Virus record (IMG/VR): IMGVR_UViG_3300035666_000005
Location: 32,001-96,000 of that record
Strand: one strand, 5' to 3'
Length of the DNA: 64,000 bases
DNA from: a virus
Made by a program: the position numbers and the translations under genes. Positions 29,101 to 40,100 of the stretch are shown piece after piece. Every line of letters begins with the position of its first letter. Position 1 is the first letter of the stretch. The notes beneath the pieces are model-generated. The model ran no database searches. It worked only from the letters and a program-made list of their open reading frames with translations, and had not been told where the DNA came from.

Positions 29101-30963
29101 TTACATAAATAGAGTATTATTATTATATATTAAATTATTTTTTGTATCTAATATTGCAGCGCCATTATTTAAACTAAAATCACCATTTTCAATATAATCA
29201 AAATTTAATCTTTGCCTGATACCATTTTTATAAATTTTAGCAAAATTATTATAAAAAGTTCTATTAATAGAATATAAATGACCTGAACCGGTAATATTTA
29301 TATTAAAGTTTTTTGGAATTAAAGCTAATTTACCGGAAATATCATCTCCTAAAATTTGGAAAAAATTATTAAAATTATTATTAAAATAATGAATACCACT
29401 TGTAAGTTTTTGCCCATTAAAAAATACATCATATTCATTAAGATTATTAATATTTAATACTCCAGAATTGTTTTTTGTAAAACGGGTTTCTACGATAGAA
29501 TTTCCCGTAATAAAATCTGCAAAAACACTATGAGTACTATCATATTCAGATAATAAAAATTCTCCTTTTCTTTGTGTAATATAATCACCACTAGCAATAA
29601 AAATATTTGGAGAATATACTGTGCCAATTTGACGACCAGACCCGCTGGTTAATAATACTCCATTTGCGTATATTGTATGATTAAAATTATTAAAGTCAGA
29701 TTTAATTCTAGAAAAAACATAAGTCTTATTAACTTCATCATAAAATGATCCAAAATTTTTTGTATACCTTAAGTCATAATTGCCAGTAATAAACTGGGCT
29801 TCAATAATATCTTGAACATCTGTTTTAACTAATAAATTAATTTTATCTTTTCCGAACTCAACGACTTTTTTTTCATCAATTTTTATAAATTCTTCAATAG
29901 TTCCGCTTTCAAATAATCTTAAACGCCCACTTAATGGCAAAAATCCCGTAATGAACAAATCGCCTATTAATTCAACTTCTTGATAACCAGGCTCTTCATT
30001 ACCGAACGCATCAATATAAGTACCTGTTATAATATATTCTATACCGGTTACGACATTTGTTTGAATTTCAATTATTCCAGTTTCATATCCAGTTATTCCA
30101 AATAAGTAGCCAGTTAAAAGAATTTCTTCACCCAAAACGCCTGTTGTAACCCCAGTCACTCCGGTTAGATATTCGTCAATAAAAAAATCGGTAGCTGGAA
30201 AATAATTTGATATAAAACTTTTTGTAATATTTTCAATTTCATATTGATATATAGAAGGAGAACAAAAAATTATTTGTTCTAGATATCCTTGGAACTGTTT
30301 ATTATAATTATAAGAGTTTAATGATACTGGATTTTTACCTATAAAAATATTGTTAGGATTAAAAATAAATTGACTATTAATATTAAAATTGTTTGAAACA
30401 ATTCCAGACTCTATGAAATCATAATAACCGAAAGAAATATTACGATTCGCAATATTACAAAAAACAGCTGATTTATCTCCAACGAAAAAATCAGAAGTGA
30501 AAACTTTAGGCCCTTCAGAATCGTAAAACTCGAAATAAAGTTTATCATTTGCTGTGAAACCAAATTCAAATCCTTTATAAACAAGACTATTTAACGGAAC
30601 CCCAAATTCATTAAAATATTCTTCTTCTTCTGCAAAAACTGTGGATAATAAAGTAGAACCTGTTTTTGCTATATTTTCATAAACACATACAAAACTAAAA
30701 TCTTCAAAATCAATTATATTATCTGTATTATATATATTAATATAATTATTTTCAATGTACCCAGCGCCACTTTTAAACCAAAAATTATTAACACTAGGTA
30801 AAATTTGACCACTAAATAAAAAATTATCATTAAAATCAGCTTTTCCTGATATGGGCGTAATAATAGAACTACCAGAATCAAAAGAAAAATAAAATAAAAG
30901 ATTTTCGTCAAGTTTTCCTGGAAATCTTTCGTTATAAAATTGTATTTCTGTAAGTTTATTCAT
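29101..30963 (-). CDS. tail protein with LamG/concanavalin-like N-terminal domain
   Basis: NLLFYFSFD...FSF...IFIG...FQGYLEQI pattern; TG-rich central segment. Confidence 0.55.
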   Translation of the reverse strand: MNKLTEIQFYNERFPGKLDENLLFYFSFDSGSSIITPISGKADFNDNFLFSGQILPSVNNFWFKSGAGYIENNYINIYNTDNIIDFEDFSFVCVYENIAKTGSTLLSTVFAEEEEYFNEFGVPLNSLVYKGFEFGFTANDKLYFEFYDSEGPKVFTSDFFVGDKSAVFCNIANRNISFGYYDFIESGIVSNNFNINSQFIFNPNNIFIGKNPVSLNSYNYNKQFQGYLEQIIFCSPSIYQYEIENITKSFISNYFPATDFFIDEYLTGVTGVTTGVLGEEILLTGYLFGITGYETGIIEIQTNVVTGIEYIITGTYIDAFGNEEPGYQEVELIGDLFITGFLPLSGRLRLFESGTIEEFIKIDEKKVVEFGKDKINLLVKTDVQDIIEAQFITGNYDLRYTKNFGSFYDEVNKTYVFSRIKSDFNNFNHTIYANGVLLTSGSGRQIGTVYSPNIFIASGDYITQRKGEFLLSEYDSTHSVFADFITGNSIVETRFTKNNSGVLNINNLNEYDVFFNGQKLTSGIHYFNNNFNNFFQILGDDISGKLALIPKNFNINITGSGHLYSINRTFYNNFAKIYKNGIRQRLNFDYIENGDFSLNNGAAILDTKNNLIYNNNTLFM

Positions 30964-32579
30964 TATTGATATTTGATTGTTTCACAATTTTCGGATATAT
31001 TAAAACTATAATTAAAACCATTATCAGAATTTATAGGTGTAGTAACATTATCTTCGGTAGTTACTGATCTAATTGAACCAACACTAGATTTTAAACTATT
31101 TAACTTATTAAAAGCTCGGCTCCTAATAGACCCCTTAAGAAGCGAAGAATCTCCCACGGCGGAACCATCAATACCAACCGTACCTCTTTTAAAGAAATTT
31201 AAATTAAAAACCCCATTATCGCCATTTAAAAATTGAATTGGATTGTAAACATCTATAGATGGTGTTGCAGACAATGTATATTCAAATCTTTTTAAACCAG
31301 GAACTTCTTCAAATTGATTACTATATTCAGTAGAAAAAGAAAGCGAAATAATAGTATCCTCATATTGATTATAGGTCACGGTTGAGTTTATTGGATTAGA
31401 ATTTAAATTTAAAGTTTTAGATTCCGCGTTTCTATTAAAAAAATTATTAGCTAAATTAAATAAATTTAAACTATTGTAGGCTGATTCTAATTTTATTTTT
31501 TTATCTTTTTGAGGTCCGCGCGCTGTTAAAGTTCCATTTATAGTAATAGTTGTAATATCTTTAATTCTATCATAATTCATTTGATAACTAATATCTGATT
31601 TAACATCGTAAGGATCATTGGTAAAAGTATAGTTAAAATTTAAAGAATTATTGATCCTATCCTCGGTAATAGAAAAATTTTCTGGATCTGGGTTTAAATA
31701 ATTTAAGCCCGTAAGCTCTTTAAATCTTGTGAGCGCAAGGTTAAATAAGTTAATATTTTGTAAACTAGATTTTAATTGAGTTTGTATCTGATCTGAATTG
31801 TCGTTTATATCAGATATATCAGAAGTAATTAAATTACCTTGTATATTTACTGTGTAAAGACCTGATTTTTCATCGTAATTAATATCAATAGAATTTGATA
31901 ATATAATATTATTATTAGGTGCATTGGAACGATATATAAACTCGACATCTAGAGAAACAGTTCCTTCCATACGGTTAACTGTTTCAATCATCCGTCTTGG
32001 CTTTAAATTCGAGCCTGGATCTGTTAAATTTCCAATTGCAAACAAAATTGGTGGTACGATATTTTTTTGTGGGGTAATTCCATTATTAATAAAATTTCTA
32101 GCATTATTTATTGCATCTGGCCCAAGACCTTGGGCAGAAATTTGTCTTGTGATAACAATTGTTCCGTCTGCATTTTCTGTAATTTGACGATTATCTACTG
32201 GATTTATTATTCTATAATTAATACTAGATAGATTATCTGGATAGCAAATAAAATTTGCCGTGTAATCTGCCCCACCAAAAAAACTAGATTGATTAATATC
32301 TACCGATTCGCATCTTGCAAATTGACCAGAAATATCTCCAGCGGTTATCGATTGAAAATCATTTTTTAAAGCTTCAAATAATGTATTAATTTTACTAGAA
32401 ACATTTTGAGAATTTGAGCAAAAATTTGTAGGAAGAATTTTTCCTTGAATTGTAATTCTTTTTGAAGTTTTAAATTTACCGCCCACAATAACTTGCTCAT
32501 CAGAAACACCTACAAAAGGATCTATTCCTTCAGAAATAGAAGAAAAATCAAAATTACCATAAGTTACTAAATTAGCCAT
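30963..32579 (-). CDS. putative distal tail/baseplate protein
   Basis: position after the tape measure; repeated beta modules similar to the neighbouring 522-aa ORF. Confidence 0.5.
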   Translation of the reverse strand: MANLVTYGNFDFSSISEGIDPFVGVSDEQVIVGGKFKTSKRITIQGKILPTNFCSNSQNVSSKINTLFEALKNDFQSITAGDISGQFARCESVDINQSSFFGGADYTANFICYPDNLSSINYRIINPVDNRQITENADGTIVITRQISAQGLGPDAINNARNFINNGITPQKNIVPPILFAIGNLTDPGSNLKPRRMIETVNRMEGTVSLDVEFIYRSNAPNNNIILSNSIDINYDEKSGLYTVNIQGNLITSDISDINDNSDQIQTQLKSSLQNINLFNLALTRFKELTGLNYLNPDPENFSITEDRINNSLNFNYTFTNDPYDVKSDISYQMNYDRIKDITTITINGTLTARGPQKDKKIKLESAYNSLNLFNLANNFFNRNAESKTLNLNSNPINSTVTYNQYEDTIISLSFSTEYSNQFEEVPGLKRFEYTLSATPSIDVYNPIQFLNGDNGVFNLNFFKRGTVGIDGSAVGDSSLLKGSIRSRAFNKLNSLKSSVGSIRSVTTEDNVTTPINSDNGFNYSFNISENCETIKYQ

Positions 32580-32609
32580 ACCTTTTACCTGTAATAATAT
32601 TACACTAAA

Positions 32610-34178
32610 CTAAGGCATTCTGAAGTAAGTTGCGCTAAAATTAAATTCTCTCTCTGATGGAGAGTATGAATATGAAACATTTGAAATATAACCAATATTA
32701 GGAGCTAAACTTCTGGCTTTTGATAAATATTGTGATAATGAAACATCTGCTTTTCCATTTAAAACAATATTATAAGTTGTATTGTTTTCCAACAAATTCC
32801 TTTGTATTTGGGCAATTTCTTTTTTACCGACAATATTAAAAGTACTAAATAAATTTCTATTATAATCTTCTTGCACATTACTTATAATTTTTGTGAAAGG
32901 TCCGGTTTCTTGTATAGAGCTACTAGAATTATAAGATTTATTATATTTAACAGAACCTTGTATTTCCGAATGAGTTTCTGAAGAAGAAACTTCTTTTAAA
33001 GTAACCCCAGGTACATAATTAGTAATTCTATTTTTAATTTGAGATTTTTTGCTATTGTATAAAGCTAATGCTTTTTGATATTTTGTATTTGTTATATTAA
33101 CTTCACGAACCCCAATAATTGTTCCGTCTTCGCTTCCAGTAATTTCTCCGCTTTCATTTTTTTCGATATTAATGCTATATTCCCAGAATCCTTGTTCGGC
33201 TATTAATTCTCGTGAAGTCGTATATGAAATAGAGTAAGAAACCCTGCCTTCAAAAACTACAGAAGTAAAATTTTTAGTAATTGGTGTTGGTATTAAACTT
33301 CCATACTTAGCGACATTATAAGAATTAGATAAGTTTGATAAAGAACTATTTAATAATTGAAGAGCACGCGTATAAGCCGCATCATATCGCGCATTTACAG
33401 TCCCAGCAATATTAGATACACATTCGACATTTTCAGTCGCAATAATTATTCCATCTTGTTGATATGAGATTGATGTATTTCTTGTTACTAAAACATTATC
33501 AGAGCTTTGACTTTCTCTTGGATATAAATCATAACTGACATTAAAACTATAAGTATTTGTTATTGGGTCATACGCTTGTTCGTAATACTTTTTAACAGAT
33601 TTTTGATACTGGCCGGTAATTAAACTAGTTAAAGAATTATTATTAATAAATTTTTCTATAATGTTTTTTGCAACTAATCTATTATTGGCTTGATTTTTAA
33701 CCGGAGGTATTAATGACAAAGAAATTGTTTGACTATAAGAATCTTTTATGCCCTCTCCTTTTGTAAAAGTACTAGATTCTGAAAAACTTTCTAAAAATTT
33801 AAAATTCGAATCAGATATTGAGCCATTTAAACCTTCTATAGAAGTATTAATACTGCCATCTTGAGGTATAACAATATTTACAGAATATCTTTTATCATTT
33901 ACGTCATCTCCTTCTGGGCCAGAGGTAAAATTTGTTATATACCCACTTCCAAAAGAAACTCCATTAATTGTAATGGGTTGATAAAAATTAGCGCTACTTG
34001 CAAAAATTGTATTTTCTAAATTATTAAGCTGAGCATGAATTGCATTATAAGTAGTTGAAGACAGGTCTAAAAAAATACCTTCGACTGTTATTTCTAGAAC
34101 TGTCTTCCAACGCAAATTCTCTCCGAAAAATTCGGAACGACTATTAGCGTTTAATATTTGAACATTTGGAAAATTCAT
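32610..34178 (-). CDS. putative distal tail/baseplate protein
   Basis: immediately downstream of the tape measure. Confidence 0.5.
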   Translation of the reverse strand: MNFPNVQILNANSRSEFFGENLRWKTVLEITVEGIFLDLSSTTYNAIHAQLNNLENTIFASSANFYQPITINGVSFGSGYITNFTSGPEGDDVNDKRYSVNIVIPQDGSINTSIEGLNGSISDSNFKFLESFSESSTFTKGEGIKDSYSQTISLSLIPPVKNQANNRLVAKNIIEKFINNNSLTSLITGQYQKSVKKYYEQAYDPITNTYSFNVSYDLYPRESQSSDNVLVTRNTSISYQQDGIIIATENVECVSNIAGTVNARYDAAYTRALQLLNSSLSNLSNSYNVAKYGSLIPTPITKNFTSVVFEGRVSYSISYTTSRELIAEQGFWEYSINIEKNESGEITGSEDGTIIGVREVNITNTKYQKALALYNSKKSQIKNRITNYVPGVTLKEVSSSETHSEIQGSVKYNKSYNSSSSIQETGPFTKIISNVQEDYNRNLFSTFNIVGKKEIAQIQRNLLENNTTYNIVLNGKADVSLSQYLSKARSLAPNIGYISNVSYSYSPSEREFNFSATYFRMP

Positions 34179-34188
34179 ATTATGCTAA

Positions 34189-37100
34189 TCATCTAGTTCT
34201 CGGTGCAACGCGTGGCAATATCCCCTGTCTTTCTGCGGAAGCGACCATTTCTGCAGCGCGACCATATTTCTGATCCATTTCGCTTTTGATTTGAGTAATC
34301 AGTGGACCGACTCTTGCTTCAATTTCTGAACCGAGTTCTTTTGCGTAATCTTGGGTTTTTCCTCCGGTCTGGGCTTCGTTTACGGTTAAACCGCCCAAGC
34401 TAACAGAAACCGCAGAAAATTCTGGAACAGAATTGGCAAAGTTGGGAATGTACATACGATTAGCCATTGCCATTCTTTCTTTCGCAATATTATTTTTTTC
34501 TTGTGGTGTATTAAAAGTTGCCATTCCTTCGGGATTATTTAATCCCTGGACTTCTGGTTGACGTTTTTGATAAACTTCGTTTGGAGCAAAGCCAGCATTG
34601 ACTTCGTCCATAAATGAATTTATTTTAGGCAAAAAGCCTTCTGAGTAATTTTTAATTCTAGCGTTTGCGTTATTTTTTTCCATTTCGCGCAATACTTCTT
34701 GTGCTGGCCGTCCATCAATAAGCCCAGCCCCGCCAGGACCATAAGTGGGCTGCTCAGAATTTAAAGGGGATCCCGTTTTTGGGTCAAGACCAGCAGCAAT
34801 CATGGCTCTATCATAGGCGGGATCAGATGGACGATTCGTCCGACCTTCTGCTAAGACTTCTCGCGTTGGGCGACCGTCAATAAAACCTTGACTACGTTGA
34901 TCCTTTGGAATTCCTACGATTTCATCGATTACAGATTCGTTTCTAGCTCTTTGATATAAAGCTTCTTGATCTCTTCCGTAAGCCATCGCTCTATCATAAC
35001 CCTCATTCGGATCTATTCCCTGTTTAGCCCACTCTGCATAAGCTTGTTTTACAGGATCATTCTTTTCATGCTTTTCGTAAATTTCTCTCAGTGACTCATA
35101 TCTGCCTTGTTCATATAAGCGTTTGAATTCTTGTGTTTTCGCCATCAAAGCCCTTTTTTGGTCCATAGATTGGCGGGTTGGCCTATTATAAAAACCTTCT
35201 TGGCCAGAAAGTGCTTGGGTATAAGCTTCTACCAAGCTTTGTAGCATGAATTTGGCATTTGCTTGGGTAGTTCTTTCTGCGCGGCGAATTTCTGTTGTGG
35301 GTTTTATTCCGGCGCGGTCTGTAGATGTAGCGATATTAAATGTTCCGCCAGCCCCAGGTCCGCGCAAACCAAGCCGTTGTGCATCAACAGTAAACGTACC
35401 CGCTCCACCATATTCATCAATTTCATAACGATCACCAGTCATTTCATAACTTCTTGCTAAAGTCTCGCGTCCTCTTTTAATAACTGCTTCTGTTCTTTTA
35501 ATAACTGCTTCTGTTCTTGCTCGTTCTTTAGCCCTTTGAGCGGCTAATTTATCTCTTGCCATCATTTGTTTATCGCTTTGGCGAGATTTGTTCCATTCTT
35601 TTTGTCTATAAAATAAAGTACTTAAATTATATAATTCTCTTGGGTTCAAAAAGTCGCTTGCGTTAGCTCCGGTTTTTCTAAATTCTGAAACTAAAGGTTC
35701 AGCAGCCTTATCATAAGATTTTTCTATTTCATTTATTTTTTCAAGAGTTTTGTCACGTTCTTTTATTAAATTATTTAATTGATCATTATCTTTATATAGT
35801 GATGGATCCCATCCAAAATATTCTTTTAATCTACGATCTCTTTCGGGGGAAGTTAAATCTAATTCTGCCAAATTGTTCCAAGCTTGTTTTGAACGATTTT
35901 CGTCCCAGTTAGCTCTTTTTGCCATGTGATTATAAAAGCTCTTTTTTTTCTCTTCCTGAAAAATGTCAACAAGAGTATTGAGTTCAGTTTTTGACTTCGT
36001 TAAAGGATCTAACTCTTTTTTATATTTTTGATTTATTTCGTTTGCTTGTTTGATAAGACTATAAGGTATTTCTGGCATTGGCACAAAACCTTCTGCGAAA
36101 TTTGGAATATAACCTTCCGCCATGTTTTTGAAAGGATTTTTTATAATTTCCGGCTTTTTCTTTTTCCTGCGGATATATTTTCCGTCTTTATCAAAATAAG
36201 GATTTGGTTTAAATTTCGGATTTTTGAGAAGAAAAAGCTCGTTTCGAAGTGCCTGCTTTTTGCCGTAATCTTTATCTTGATAACCAAAGTCACCAGGTTC
36301 TGGCGTGCGAGGAATCTCATATTCAAGCTCAGAGATTCTTTGGTATAGCTCCCACTCTGGAGTATCCAAAGCACTCATGATGCTTCCCATCCCACTCGTT
36401 ATTCTTTGATTCGATGATGACCCAGAAATGCCCGACTTTGGAACAAAACCTTCCGCCATGTTTTTGAAAGGATTTTTAATTTCCGGCTTTTTCTTTTTCC
36501 TGCGGATATATTTTCCGTCTTTATCAAAATAAGGATTTGGTTTAACGCCATCTTTTGTAAGAATTTCTGCTTTTGGATTTTGAAGAAGAAAAAGCTCTCT
36601 TTCAAGTTGTTCTAATTCGACTCTTTGCAGATATGATACTGGGGGTGTTAATTGTTTAATTTTTGTTTTAACTGATAAAATCCTACTTTCTAATTCGTGA
36701 CGTGGATCGTCAAGATATTTATCAAGTTCTGTCGTATCGAGTTTTGGCAACGATCCTTTTGCCGCGCGTTGCATATCACGAGTTAAAAGAGCATCTTCTC
36801 CGGTCCCCATGTAATTTTTAATTAATTGTTCTCCTATATTCGCAACAACAGGTGCGCCATTAAAATTGGGTATGAATGTGGGACGATCTGATGGGCGTGC
36901 GCCACCAACGCCTCTTTTTACGTCGCGCTTTTCTGCGATCATTGCAGGAATGGCTTCTAAAGGAATCGATCCAGACGAATATGTTTTCGGAAGTTCTGGC
37001 TTTGGTGCAGTTCTATCTATAACGGGTTTTTCAGTTGGCAGGGTTGCGTTAGAAAAAGGATCTTGTAAAAATTTTGCTATTTTTAAGTCAGCACTATTTT

Positions 37101-40100
37101 GCGTATTTTGAATAGCCTTTAAAATTTCTTCAAGAGTTTTATTCGCGGCAGAAAATTGCAAAGATATAATTTTATTAGTATCCCCCGCAAGAAGCGATAG
37201 AGCGCTATCACCACCTTCGCCGAGTAATTTTTGTAATTCTGGCGGGAGTGAAGATTTTGCCTGTTCAATAAGTTTTTGATTTAATTCTCCAACTTTATTT
37301 TCGCCTTCTACTTGTTGTGTCGCAACTGTTTTACTATAACGTTTAATAAGTTCTGCATCAGATAATTGAGCAGCTTCCGGCTCCCCAATTTGTTCGGCGA
37401 TTGATCTCCTAAAGCCTTCTAAGATTTCTCTTCCAGCCTCTCCTTCTACTCCGCCAAGTCCACTGATGACATTCGTTAATTGATTTTCAATATCTAATGC
37501 CCTAGCATCACGAATTGCGCTAATAACCGCGCTATTTTGACCTAACTCGGGGCCAAGGTTACGCCCAGTAATTTTACTTAATTCGCTAACAACTCTTTGC
37601 AAGTTCCTACCAACTTCAATAATGCCTTTTTCTCCAGTTGGTTCCCCTATAATTTTTAAATTTGCAACGGCTTTATCAAGACCTTCTGTGATACTGATAT
37701 CATCATTAATAAAAGCCTGCAAACCACCAAAAGCACTATTAATAGAGGTTATTAGTTCGCGTAAACTTTCTTGAAATTTTTGATTGGCAAGAATTGTTTT
37801 TTGCTCGATTAAAACTGCTTTATTTTTTACGAGTTCTTGATTAGTTTTATTTATGGCCTCACGAATAGCGTCTAAACGTTTTTCACCTTCGGGGTCACCT
37901 TCGGGAATTTGTAGTGCTTGTGCAATTTCAGATAATTTAGCTTCTACGTCAAAACCAGTAAAAGTTGTCGGGTCTCCGATATCCAATAAACTACGAAACT
38001 GCTCTATATCAAAACCTTGTTTAACTGCTTCAGCTAAAACTCCTGCGGTTTCTAAATTTGCTTCGGCATTTTTTTGTGCATTATCGTCTCCGCCGATTGT
38101 ACTCAAAGCTGCAAAAGATTGTCTTTGTTGTTCAAGAAATGCGCTACCAATTAAACTAATTGTTTCCCCAACAGAATCTTTTATCGTATTGGCAAAATCC
38201 CCTTCTATTCTAAGAAGCTCTCCTTGTGTTTTACTGTCTGCCCGTCCAGCAGGGGTAGTTATTCCAAAAAGTTCTTCTTGAACGGCTTTTGTTTCAAATT
38301 GCGATACGCCGATGTTTGTTCCAGATTTTCTAATAGATGATTCACCCAAAAGTTGTAAATCAAGGGCAGACTGGCTTTGTCGCGCTAATTTCGCATAATT
38401 AGATTGTACGGTTTGTAAAGTTTTAGTTATTAATGCTATTACTTTATTGTTTTCACCGCTATTTCTCCCCGTCGCCTCTAAAGACGCTTTTAATTTATTT
38501 GCGGGGTCCGCAAGTTCGGCTATTAATTTTAAACCAACGCTAGGATTAAGTTTAAGAACAGCAACAAGATCATTAATATTACTTTTACTTAAACCACTAA
38601 GAGGGGCTGTTTGAGTTAAAAGGTTTTCAAACTCTTCAAATATTTTATTCGCTTCATCTGTTGCGAAACCGGTAGGGCCGCCATCTGTTATTAAAGACCT
38701 CCGAGATATTTCCGATAATTGATTTATGCTATTTTCATCTAATTGCGTAATATTAATAATATCAGAAAAATTTTCTCCAATTTTGTCAAATTGTTTTTCA
38801 GAAATATTACCAGTAGATCTAGGCAGGGATTCAACTAAACTTGTTACAGCTAAATTTTTTTGCTGCGCTAGTGTATTTTCTAAAACAGCATTTGTATTTT
38901 CTCCGATTACTTTTTGTAGAGATATAAAATCTTGATTTATTACAGCGGCGCTAGCTCCAGAAACTAATTCCGGAGTATCTCTAAATTCTTTTCTAATAAA
39001 TGAAAGTAAATCGGCTTCTAATTGGCCAGCTCTCTCGCCTTGACCAGCTTCTCTTAATTGTTTAATCTGTTCAAAACTAGTTTGAACTTTTTGTCCCGCG
39101 TCATTTATCTTTGTAAGATTTTCAGAAGCCTTTTGTGCGGCGGCAGATAATTCTGGAATATCGGTAGACGCTTGTTTAATAACATCTATTAGCCCAAGCA
39201 AAGCTCCAGCGCTACCACCAATTGCCGCGCCAACAAGTGGATTTGGTGCCAGCATTGCCCCAAGACCAGCAAAAGATCCCACTTGACCCAGAGCGCTAGC
39301 CCCAGCACCTAATGTTCTATCTGCTTTGGTTTCTTTCCCAATGGCATTCGCAATTGTTTCTGCAATAATTGGAGCTGCGATGGTTAAACCAATACCGCCT
39401 GCGCCAATAGCTGCGCCAGCTCTTTGACCACCTGTAGCTCCGTATCTTCCTTCTAACCCTCGAGCTTGGGCCTCTTCACCTGTTATTTTTCCCATTGCGA
39501 CGAGTTGAGTATTAGCTGCTTTTTGAGCCTTTGTTAATTCTCCTGTTACCCGACCAGCTTCTTTATTTTTTTGAGTTAATTCAGTTAAACTTTGTTTATA
39601 AGAATCTCCAAAACCTTGAAGGCCAAAACCTAAAAATCCAATTTGAGTTGCAAGAGCCCCGAGTGAAGATCCTAAATCTGCTGCTTGGGTATCTTCTGGT
39701 GCGAAGTTTGGAACAAAACCGCGAGCGAGACCTTGGGAGGCCGCCGAATTTTGAATCGCGCGCTTTAGACCTTCTGGATGATCTTTTTTAATCATCGCAT
39801 TAAAATTAGACGATTGTCCGGGCTGGCGAACATATTGCATTCCTTTGTATTCGTCAAGCACAGCCCCTTTTCCGGCTTTTTTCTCTGTCTGTATAGCTCT
39901 TTCTCTAGCTTCTGTAATTGTTTTAGCAAAATTTGGAATAAAGCCAGCAGCTTTTCCTACAATACCAAATCTATCCCTTAAAGCTTGTCTTATCGCAACA
40001 CTTCCAGTAACCCCCTCTTTTCTTAATTGGTCTACTGCGGCAGATCTTTCTTTAAGATAAGCGGCTCCAGCTTTACCACTAGTTTTTTGAACAGTTGCTC

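Noticed and set aside
36140-36510. RRKKKKP as a nuclear localisation signal
   Set aside because: Everything else indicates a bacteriophage; more simply a basic patch.
28058-36545. CRISPR-like arrays
   Set aside because: All repeats are in-frame coding repeats without unique spacers of regular length.
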